Made by a program: the position numbers and the translations under genes. Under the pieces are notes generated by a model. It was given only the letters and a program-made list of their open reading frames with translations, made no database searches and had not been told where the DNA came from. This document shows, in pieces, positions 10,501-21,364 of a stretch of DNA of 64,000 bases. Origin of the DNA: Raillietiella orientalis (lineage: Eukaryota); assembly GCA_036172245.1 (NCBI GenBank), contig JAYWIR010000031.1, positions 2,294,001-2,358,000 of the forward strand. The letters run 5' to 3'. Each line of letters opens with the position of its first letter. The first letter of the stretch is position 1.

Positions 10501-13500
10501 GGCATTTATGAACAACGATTTGCTTCGCCACCTCTCGTACGCGCAACTAGAAGAGATTAGTGACGCCATGTATGCGTCGGAGATCCAGAGCGGCAGCTAC
10601 GTGATCCAGGAAAACGAACCAGGTAAAAAAGATGAAACAAGAACAACAACAACGACGAAGGAATCTGTTAGTAACAGCACAGCGCCTGCCTGTGAAGGAA
10701 AAATAGAAAAAGACACAGGCAGGTGCTTATGCTGAACTGTTGGCTAAATGCGAGAGACTCTCGCCCACGTGATTCGAAACCTTTCCTTTCCTCCTTTCCG
10801 TGGCAAGCGCTCTTTCACCAGCAAATCTCTTTGCTCGGGAGCCGGAGGGAATCAGAGAGCTTTCTCGGGAACGTGCTGTTTTCACCACCCTTTCCGACTC
10901 CTCCTTGCTCTTGCTTTACCCGGAGCGAACTGAGATCGGTAATCCGTGAGCTCCGCTTCCATGGCGTTCGAGTCTTCCGGGTTGTTCTGTCGATCCACCG
11001 TGAGGTCGGCCGCTTCGGATGTCTTTTTCAACTTCAGGGAAAGGAGAACTTTGAAGGCTGTTGACAGAACCTTGTCGCATAGACGGATCTCTTATTTTGA
11101 ACTCCTTGCCTCCCGTTTCATCCGTCAAATGACCGATCCCGAACAACGCAGCGTTTCTCACCCCATCCCACCCCCCGTCTTTCCTCTGCGGAACGAAGAA
11201 CTCCAAGAAAGCAGGTGCTCTAGAGTATGCGAAAAGAGTTCTCTGTGGTAGGCTGAGGTTCATACAAGGCAAACCGGTCCTTCTTGTTGCCATCGGTTTT
11301 TTGCGGGTCCTTCAGAAGCCACGCAGAGAAACAGTCCGTCCACGGCTGGATCCATGCGGGGGAAATGTGGTTCTGCTGGACCTTCTCAGGACACGCAAAA
11401 TTCCCCACAGGCGTATTTCCTTCCCGTGCACCGGGCAGGACTAGAAACTTGGAAGAATGGATCTTCCCTTTCTATCTGCTCCTCCATGGGTCTGGGGAAA
11501 CATCGCATGGTGGTCCCAAGGAACCCGAAAGACGGTTCTTCCAGAGCGCAGCATGCATGTGGCCGCGCAAGAAGGTGGGCGTCTCGGAACCTCGGGGGAC
11601 GAACAGGCTCCGCGACTTCTTTCACGCTTCTCTCTGGAGAGAATGGTCTCGTCGGGGGGAGGAGGAGAGGAAGAGATCAGTGTTCAGAGGAATCCACAGT
11701 ATCTCGCCCGGGCCGCCGCGGCGATCTTCCAGCCTTTTTCCGTTGATGACTTCACGGAGTTGTCACAAGCTCTGATTCCAGGAAACGAACTTTACGTGTG
11801 CGCGAAGGGGGTCTTGGAAGTGCAAAGGAACAGCAGCATTCTCGGTAACCTGTACGCCGGGATGGTCTTTGGGGAACTGGCCGTTCTGTACAACTGCAAC
11901 CGGACGGCGTCCGTCAAAGGTAAACGTTCTGTCGTCGGCGCCGGACATCCGACAGTCAAACGCTCTGGCTCCAGCCGTGACCGACGCCAAATTGTGGGTC
12001 CTGAACAGGAAGGTCTTCCAGAACGTGATGATGACCACTAACCTGAAGGAGCTGGAAGGCAACATCCACTTCCTGAGGAGCGTCCCTCTGTTCTCTGAGC
12101 TTTCCCCACAGAGGCTCAGTGAGATTGCGACTGTCCTCGAAGCGGTAAATTCTGGGAGTCTAGTCCTTCTTCGCCTGCCCCGTGGGGTAGACACATGAGT
12201 CCCCGACCACACCCTCCCTCATTAACATTCCGCAGCGGAAAGAGGGTGGGGCGATGCCCGGGTCAGGGCGGAAACATCCACCCTCGAGAGGTGCCGGCGG
12301 ACGGGGGCGTGCGCTACTACTCCATGCGACTTCCGACGCGTTGCCCCTGGCGCCACTTCCTTCCCGGTAGCACTGATCTGTCCCTGCTGGCTCGTCCGCG
12401 TCCCTCTGACCTCTTTCAGGATCCGAGGGAAATTCTTTTCCTCTCCGCCGAGAGCGTCTCTTCCCTTTCCTTTCCGGAGAGTCTTCCAGGATGTGCGAAG
12501 AGCTGCTTCTACTTCCGCTCGCTTCGTACGCGGACTGCGTGCAGAGTGCTAAGTGCGCGCTGTGCAGCTGGTGCTGACGCGAGCACTTTCCCCATATCCT
12601 CTTCGATGCCTCGGCCGGCAGGGAGGGACTCGAGCGAAGGCGCTGCCACACGACCTCGCCTCGTCGTGACCCGTACAGTTCTCCCTGTCAGGATGACCGG
12701 TATCTGCAGGGACGCTGTTCAGCGCAGAGGAGCGCGCGAGAGAGATCGAGTCGCTTCCTGACCGGAAGGCCAACTCTCCTTGGCCGTCATCTTTCAGCGG
12801 GAGCCTGCACCAGGAGCACCCCCTTCTGCTCGTGTCCTTTCTTCATCCTCTCCTTCCGTGCTATCAAGAATTCAAGCTCGTCAATGACCGAGAGATCGAT
12901 GGCCTTCGAATCGGCGGCTTCCCGGATAACCACCGCCAGGTATCCTTAGGAAGAGGAATCCCAGCAAGCTCACTCCTTCTCCCGCGCGCTGAGGACCCTG
13001 CGGATGAGGGTATTTTCACGTTCCCACGCTGCCACCCATCCCCTTTTTTTCCGGTTCCATGGGCGTCGGCGGCTCCCCCTCCTCCCGCCAAAGGGGTAGC
13101 ATGACTCTCCTCGTCGACTATCTGCGCACGCGCACGCTCCCGAGAGGAGGAGTAGGGGAGCGGGAGAGACCCTGGAGGCATCTCCGAGCATCCTCCCTAC
13201 CCACATGCTCACATGGAACACACAAGAAGGGGCGCGCGAGGAAGGGCCACCGTTCCTTGGGGGCCATCGAAAGGCGCCCTCCGTTTCCAGGAGAGCTTTC
13301 CTCCCGAGACGTTCATCGTCCGTCAAGGTTACCCCGGCGACACCTTCTACATCATCCGATCTGGGGAAGTGCGGATCCTGCAGAGGCAGGAGAGCGGCGA
13401 GCAGCAGCTCCTGCGCGTCCTGGGGGCAGGCGACTATTTCGGCGAGAAGGCGCTCCTGACGACGGACAGGCGTACCGCCAGCGCAGTGACCTCCACGGAG

Positions 13501-16500
13501 GTGGAATGCCTCACCCTGGACAGGCAGTGAGTCGAAGGACGCCCCCTTCTCCCCGCTCACCCCCTTCTTCAAAAGGGGTGGGTGGGTGACAGGGGGGACG
13601 GGGTAGACCTTCCTTCCTTCTTTTCTTTTTCTTTTTTCGTCTCTTCTTTGCCCTCCCTCACGCACACCCTCAGGTGCTTCATGCGGCTGGTGGGGCAGCT
13701 GGAGGAGTTCCACGCCTGCGGGCGCTACGAATCGAAGGTGTCCAGGGGGTACGCCTACGACGTAGAGGACCCAATCCTGACGAGCAGCATCCGTCTGCAG
13801 GACCTGAAGGTCGTGTCCACCCTGGGGGTGGGTGGGTTCGGTCGCGTCGAGCTCGTGCAGCTGGTCGCCAACCCCGAGGTCACGTTCGCCCTCAAGATCC
13901 TCAAAAAGAAACACATACTGGACACGCAGCAGATGCAGCATCTGTACAACGAAAAGGAGATCATGATGGAGAGCAGATGTCCGTTCATCGTGAGGTGAGG
14001 GCGGAGGCGCTTCGGGTCGAGCGCGAGGTGAGAGGGAAGGATGGCGATGCTGCAGAGAGCTCTGGTGAGACCGGCGGCGGGGGCAGAGGGTGGAGGAGGA
14101 GCAGAAGCTCCCGCCGCCGCTGCGGCCAGCCCGGACGGTGCACGAGGAGGAAGGGGGCCAGGGAGCGGACGGATCGAGTCCGGACGGGCCCCCCAAGGTC
14201 CACCGCAAGACCCAACGGGAAACCCTGCCTTGCAGGATGTACAAGACCTTCCGGGATGCCAAGTGTGTGTACATGCTGATGGAGGCGTGCCTCGGAGGAG
14301 AGCTCTGGAGCATCCTCCGAGACCGGGGATTCTTCCACGAAACCTTCGCGCGCTTCTACGCGGCGTGCGTCATCGAAGCCCTCGGCTACCTCCACGAGAG
14401 AAACATCATCTACCGGGACTTGAAGCCCGAAAACCTGCTCCTGGACTCAAGGGGATATGTGAAGATGGTAAGCAGGCCCGAGAGACGGAGGTCCTGCCGT
14501 CCTCCTCCTTCCCTCTTGAGCCTCCGTCTGTTCCCCCTTCAGGCGCCGGAGTAGGAAGCGGCAGGTCGGAGCAAGGTCTCCCCTTCCCTTTCGCATCAGG
14601 TGGGGGGGGCGGTGATCAAGAGAACTGAGGCCTCTGGCTAGCGCGGTGGACCGAGTTCCCGGGGACCGATGCCGGTGGACGGCGGGAACTGAAATCGGGC
14701 TCAGCCGGGAAGAGCTGCCGGTTCAGCCAAGGTCAACATTGCCCTTCTCCGGCATCCTGGCAGCTCCCTTGCGGATTATCTCGTCTGAGGTGCGGCGACT
14801 GCGCAAGATCTGCTCCTCCCCTTCCTCCTCCTTCACCTTCTTGCGTCTCAGCCGCTGACAGTGGGGCGGAGGAATGCCGTTTGTGCGCCCTCAGGCATGC
14901 TGACCCGACGGAAAAGGAGACGCAGATGCTGCACATTAGCATCGTCGTCGTTCACCTCCTCCAGCTTTCCGCGACTTCGTTCCAGTAACAATCCTGGATC
15001 TTCGCCGCTGCGTTCTTTCGCCTTTTTCTCTCTTGTCGACGCTCGGCAGGACAGTCCTGAGACTGAAGGACGGAGGGATACGGGAGAGCGAAGAAATTTG
15101 CCTTTTCCTTCGCCTTCTCCGTCGTCATGACCTTCGCTTAGGGAGGTGGACTCTGAGGAGCGCGCGCGCACAGGAGCTCAGCAACCTAGGATTTCACCGC
15201 GCTTTGTGCTGCCCTTCTAGCCCTTTTCGACAACTGAGAGGAGGAAATTCCTGTCCCTCCGAGCCATGTAGATTGCTCCCTTCTTTCGAGCTTCTTCCAG
15301 GAAACTCGCTATGCTCCCGTGCCTTCTGGCATTGGATCGTGGAGGTCCCTAATCCTATTCTGAGCGCTCTATTCCCCTCCCCAATTCTGAGTGCGCGAGG
15401 GAGGGAAAGGGTTGAGCAATGACCGCGACCGACAAGGAAAGGCTGTCGTGACCTCCGCTCTCATTGTCTCTGCCTGTTCTCGGAGTCGCTCGGACTTCGT
15501 GGCGACCCACCTCCGTGAATTCGGAGCCCTCGAGGGGAAACGTTAAAGGTGACGCCTACGCAGAGCGGACCAGCGGCGGCGGTGGCACTCGACAGAAGCA
15601 GAGCGATGTCTGCACGGTGTTTGAGGTGACCTTTCCCCTCATCACGTTTGATCTGGGATTCCCGTCTCGAAGTGGGAGGAGGCCGATTGCTAGGAGCGGG
15701 GGCAGCGTAGAGCAGCGGACGACTGGCGCGAGAAACAGAAACAAGAAGAGGAAGAACCTCCCGCGAAGGCGCTCCCCTTTCCCTTTCCGTTTTCTTCCTT
15801 GGGTGCCCTTCACCCGGCACCAAAGCGGCAGCCGTGCAAGAGCAAAGTCGCCTCAGGGTTTTTAGCGTGGAACCCGTGTTCTGCGATACCGCCGAAGAAC
15901 TCCAAGCAAAGTTGTCCGGCAAGGAGGGAGCAATCGAATGCACCTTTTTCCAGTGCTGGCGACCGGATGCACTCACAGCTGACCCCCGTTTCCAGGTGGA
16001 TTTCGGCTTCAGCAAGAAGTTGGGTGACTGCACCAAGACCTGGACTTTCTGTGGCACTCCCGAATACGTGGCTCCGGAAACCATCTTGAACAGGGGTCAC
16101 GATAGGGCCGTGGACTACTGGTCGCTGGGCATCCTGGTGTTCGAACTTTCGACAGGAGCGTGAGTGCCGACCCAGGTAGATCAAGGTCCTTTCAAAGCCC
16201 TCCTACCTTCCCAGGCCTCCATTCACGTCGGACGACCCGATGAAGACGTATCGCCTCATTCTGGGAGGCATCGACCGCGTGACTTTTCCCAGGCACATAT
16301 CGCGCGCCGCCTACCTGTTCATCAGCAAGTGCTGCTCCCACGTTTCCACGGAGAGGTTGGGATATGGTACCAACGGCATATCGGATTTCCGGAAGCACCG
16401 GTGAGTCTTCCCAAGGCGCCGCTGAATCTTTACTCGGACCATCCCGCGCGCAGCTGGTACCAGGGATTTGACTGGGAAGGTCTTCGGGAAAGACGGATGA

Positions 16501-16666
16501 CTCCTCCTCTCATCCCTGAGGTGACTGTCCCTCCGATACTCTGCTGCTGACCCTCTCTTTGGATTCCTAGATAAGGGGACCGACCGACAGTCACAACTTC
16601 GATGTCTTTGATGACGACCTTTCCGTCCCTCCTGATGAGTTATCCGGATGGGATGAAAATTTCTGA
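7537..16666 (+). CDS. PKG: cGMP-dependent protein kinase (PKG), 12 exons, 817 aa
   Basis: Exons 7537-8058, 8115-8293, 10480-10622, 11782-11919, 11975-12144, 13291-13526, 13674-13994, 14236-14467, 15996-16159, 16215-16400, 16454-16520, 16571-16666. All introns are GT-AG with consistent phases; total 2454 nt. Encodes an N-terminal coiled coil ending DKFRSVL, pseudosubstrate [13 protein letters not shown] ([16 protein letters not shown]), CNB-B ([16 protein letters not shown]), kinase motifs GVGGFGRV / YRDLKPEN / DFG / [12 protein letters not shown] and AGC tail ...GWDENF*. The start ATG is the least certain part. Confidence 0.95.
8300..8700 (+). mobile_element. Possible Penelope-like relic at the start of PKG intron 2
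   Basis: [18 protein letters not shown]...SDQVR (~FLD..I.R...T.VYRK...DQYL), then SICF and TGYPW in a shifted frame. Confidence 0.33.
9050..9700 (+). mobile_element. Degenerate CR1/L2-like LINE ORF2 3' relic in PKG intron 2
   Basis: [18 protein letters not shown] (~V.DLGV.LD..L.F..H), [10 protein letters not shown] (~LE.VQR.ATR.I), LL*FKFLS (~DL...FK.L). Confidence 0.45.
10740..11330 (+). mobile_element. Degenerate Penelope-like relic in PKG intron 3
   Basis: [27 protein letters not shown] (~E...I...L..NGY), [15 protein letters not shown] (~IPY...LS..I.R.L), [15 protein letters not shown] (~YEF.C..C..SYIG.T.R). Confidence 0.48.
14620..15990 (+). mobile_element. Degenerate Penelope-like relic(s) filling PKG intron 8
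   Basis: RHPGSSL / [15 protein letters not shown] (~S.HP....II.S...R..RICS), SLPVLG (~LPY.G), [15 protein letters not shown] (~VVY.I.C...YIG), [18 protein letters not shown] (~RE..WI..L.T..P.GLN), ending just before the exon 9 acceptor. Confidence 0.5.
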
Positions 16667-16789
16667 TTGCTCTTGTCTTCCGCAACACGAGAGACGATGT
16701 ACGGATATGCATGTGCTCGTGCTCACACGCGTGCTCTAGCGAATGAGCCACAAGAACCCACCAGGAATTCCACGGACGTGGATTTTGCC

Positions 16790-17090
16790 CGTCGAAATCG
16801 ACTTTATCATTGAACACGAACAACCAGGAGCTGCATCTTCACCATGGAAACGGAGCAGCGGATTGGCCCTTTGCGTTGCGAAGAGAGTGCCTCGGTCATT
16901 CCCCTGCTGTGCGGAACCAGCCGTGCTGTCGGACTGCGGCGCGGGTCTTCGGCAGCAAGCGCCCACGAGTTCCCCTGAAACAGGACTTCCAAACGCGGAC
17001 TGCACAGACATTTGGGAACGTGGGCCGGCAGCTCCTGACGGCGATCTACGTCAGCGAAATGAAGCCTGCGATGCACGATGATGAGTGATT
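16790..17090 (+). mobile_element. Penelope-like GIY-YIG C-terminal relic just downstream of the PKG stop
   Basis: GRQLLTAIYVSEMKPAMHDDE* resembles the Penelope C-terminal R.L.EAIYI...KP.MN pattern. Confidence 0.5.
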
Positions 17091-20000
17091 TCGAGAATAA
17101 AAATTTCCAGCATTCTTATCGTGTGGGCGTCTCCGAACTCCTGTTTCAAACTGTGCGTTGCCCGAGCACAAACACCACACGTTCTGCACCGGTCAGGGCT
17201 GATCAGTAAGAAATGCCCACATCACTGGTCTGGGCAAAAGAATCTCTGGTGTTTTCCACTGCTTGGAAACAGACACGTTTTCCAGCGTCCGTCGTCACGC
17301 GAATCTCTCCTCGGTGCTTGTGGCGCCTGCTGATCTTTATCCTCAATGAAACCAAAGAAGCACGTCTCCCTCCACCCACGCAGAAAACAGAGACAGATCT
17401 TTGGAGAATGCATGTAAGCAGCAGCATATGGACAGATCTTGCTGCTGAAGAACAGATATGCATCACGAACGCACGACCAGGAAAAGCCACCCTGACGAAT
17501 TCCCTCCCAGATGAAGCTGCTACATGTCTCTATGGGATTGATCGCTTGGAAATTTCAATCTCAGGGACTCGTCCGTGCTCTTCATAAATTATGAGATGGT
17601 TTCTCATCGCATGCTATGGTTCCGAATAACAGATCATGGTGTGGAAACAGCGGCGGCATTCGACAATCTCGAAAACCAACGTATGCGACAGTTCTGGAAG
17701 GAAAAAAAAAAAAAATGAAATGTATCTGTGGAGGGAAACTTTAGCTTCCATTTTGTAGCTTCTTGAAGACTCAGAGCGTATTTGAGTTGATGACAGATCC
17801 GCGGACCAGAGATGAAAAGCGATTCCATGGCTTTGCTTGCGATTCTGGAATGAACGCATGAAACGCATGCTTTCGAGGCAAAGACACAGCTTTGTCTCCA
17901 GATATCTCTGCAGAACCTAGAAACAAGGGATTTTCACAACCTTTAACAAGTCCAGCGGCGTCTCCGTGCTTCTCAGTTCCCGTGGGATGGGCTACAGTTA
18001 GACATATGATCTTCCTGAGATCTTCTCTTTTCCTCTTTCTTTCTATGTCTGCTAAATATGCATCCCTGTTTTCTGTTTCCACCTAACCTCTCCCTTATTA
18101 ATACCTCAAATTCTTATCTTTCCTTCCTTTTGTGCTTCGCATGGTTTTTTGGAACAGGAATTCCCTTCTAATGGCATGCTTATCATGAACTCTGATTGCA
18201 CTTTTTTTCCCCCCATTGTTTTTGTGGTCATGCGTCAATCCTCCCCATCCATTTTGAAATCTGGACTTCCTCTTCGATGAACGCACACACTTTGGTGAAT
18301 GTTAAATCACTTTTATCTTGTTTCTACACCGGATTTCATTTTATTTCTATCCTGCGGTACTTGTTTAATTAGAGTCTCGGAATGCACGCTTTCTGAACTG
18401 CCAAGACGGAACCTATCTAGGCTCATGAATCGAAGATGTGTGTAAGTGCTAATTATGGATTGAACTGATCCGACAGATTCCACGGATCCAGGTTTTCCTT
18501 GGAAGCTCTGCCATTTTCCTCCTACCTTGCCTCCAAGCTGCGTACACCTTGAATCCCGACAGAGGGCTGTATCAATTAATTCCTTTATTGCAGCAATAAT
18601 CAGTCTTACCCAGGCTCAGTGCTATTGATTCATCCTGATTATTCTTCAACCTTTGGATCCTTCATTACGATTCTTCGACCGCAGACGAGTTCGAACCGTG
18701 GCTTCAATGATTGCAGGTGCTGCAGGATATAGCATTTCGCTTTGCAAACTGCAGCTTATCTTGAGGGAAACATTTCACAGAACATTTTGCTGCTGATGGA
18801 ACACATTCGCCCCTTGGTCGCAGAGACCGAATACCTTGTCTTCCTTTCATAGATTAATAAAGTATTCAGTACTTAAGAGCCATTTCCTCATCTGATAAGA
18901 TTTGAACTTCCGTGGCCTTCTATTGGTCTATCGATGTTAAGTACCATGAGGTACTTCCATACGTTTAGAAATCAAGAAAGTGATAACACTACGTATAATA
19001 AATTATTGACGTTTTTATCGAGCGGTGCCCAATTCTGTTACCCAATTATTTCTCTATCTTCAACACGCATTGCAAATTTTAATCTTCTTAAGTGTCTGTG
19101 TGGTTATGAAATTCAGTTGTATGCAAAACAGTTTTGCTTTCATCCATTCTTGAAAAATTCTCCGTCTTTAGCAATCATTGGTTTTTCGAAAGAATCGACC
19201 ACTAAATGATTTTCATCTAAGAACTGTGTAGTCATGAAAATCAATTCGAGCTGTCAGAAGAAACAAAAGGAATGATCTTCTCTAATTCTTCTGATTCAGA
19301 CAGAATCCCATTCTTAATGCTCTTTTGACGAGAAACAGAACCTCCTTGAAACTTTGAAAATAAAACAGAGTGAATGCGGAATGAAATCTACAAAATCTAC
19401 AAATGAGGTCTTCGAGAAGTCTCGGATCGTAGCGATCTCAACCACTGAGGTGACCAAAATGCTTTCGAGTGATTCTCTCAGTCAAGCATCCGAACATAAG
19501 CTACTTATCCTCCGGCCATTTTCCTGTCTTTGAAAAGCAAGTACATCAAAACATGGCGCTCTCTATTCGCTCCTCGTGGTTCCAAAAGCGTATGAATGCT
19601 TTCCAGCTTTCTTTCTACTAAATGAGTTTTCATTTACAAATCTCACAGGCCAAATGAAAATTTTCTAAAAGCTAGCGTGGCAGATCCTCAGGAAAGGAAT
19701 TTCAGGTGGTGGTAAAGTATTTGCCCATCTCAAGTAAGCATCCGTTTCAAAGTTCAATTTTAATGAGTCATTCCCATAGATTCATTCAACAAAAATTGCT
19801 CTTCTATACAATACTCTTTGATTGCAGGCCTTAGAGGTTTGCAATTGCTTCTATTGAAGGTTTATCGAAAAACTTTCACATTCATCATACTCCTCAAAAA
19901 ATCATGCAGCGCTTTCAGTAACGTGTTACCAAACGACCTGAAGCGATTTATTGAATTATTTAGCAAATTTGAGGCTCCGTCTGAAAGCATCATGTGAAAC

Positions 20001-21364
20001 GAAATGCTTCAGGAATAAGGAAATTTACTGCTTTTTTTTCTTTTTTCCAATTCAATTTTGATTCATTTAAACTGATAGCTATTTTTTAAACTTATTCATA
20101 AATCTGATTCTGAAATTTAGTGTTCAGTGTGTGGGTATTGTTTCAGCATTACAGTCGAGTTTCAATATTGCAATGCAGCATCCTTATGAATGTGATTTGC
20201 TAAGTATGTTAGGCGCGTACTCAAGAGCTTGCAATTAAAATGAGCAGCAATGACTACGAAACCTTGCCACCTTTATATCTACCACTCTTAAATTACCTTT
20301 ATAAGGATTACCAGGTTCAGATGAATTTTAAACTTGACATCAGTTTCTAGCTCACGAAATGCTAGTCTCCACTTTGTTCGCAAATGTCAAATACGCTATT
20401 AACACATCGCAGTCTACATGACAACATTTTATTATGAAACCTTGGGAATTCAAATTCCGCTTTCAAAATCTGTGGTTTATAATAATTTTCAATTGGAGGA
20501 CTTTTGTAAGTAGAATTCATCTCTCAACCTGCCGAACGCTTTGTGGCTTCAAAATATCATTGCAGAAAAGATCTTGTCTTTGTCTTCATCAATATTGTAT
20601 ATGCAAAGGGAAAATCTTAACTGTGTTCTCTAGATTTCTCTAGATCAGAATTGAATGATGTAGAAACACTCAAAATTTTGAAATTGAGCTTTTAAATGTT
20701 TGCTAAACTATGAAAGCCTTGAGAAATCTCATATAGGGTGAAGATGAGTTAAGGATACAGATGGATGAGTTAAGTGGTTTGTAGATAGTTGAAGAAAAGT
20801 ATTAAGTAAGTTAGAAGGAGGAAGCATGCCACAAAAAGAATATATATATATATATACATAAAATCTAAGAAAGAATGGGAAGTTTTGGTAGTGACACTAA
20901 TTTAAAAATTATGTAACCAGAATATATATAATACATAATTATGTTTGACATCGAAAGGTGGTTTCATCCTTGCACGGATGGCTGGAATTCAAGTAAAAAG
21001 TTGAGTGTCCTCCCATCACAGCAAGGACCGTTTCCTGTTTGACCGCCTACTTGCACTGAAAACGACCAGAGTGAAGGTGTTTCTCTGAACACTCACTGCC
21101 TTCGAAGCACACGTTTGCCTTTGGCACCAGAAATGGCAAAACAGCCGGAATGAAGCTGCGAGCAGCATCCCATCTGAGATCCGGAGGGCCGTTGAGGAGA
21201 AGACAAGGCGAGTAAATGAAGAAACAACAAACCGAACGCGGCGGCGAAGACGCGATGAGTAATCAGTTGCGGTCAGTTGTGCTTCCCGGCCGTGTTCAGT
21301 GTGCGTGTTCGTAGCTGCACAACAATGGAAGATCACAGTTGACATAGGCACATAAAATTGGGTA

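Noticed and set aside
12970..14313. 447-aa minus-strand ORF
   Set aside because: Antisense shadow of GC3-rich PKG exons 6-8; no domain features.
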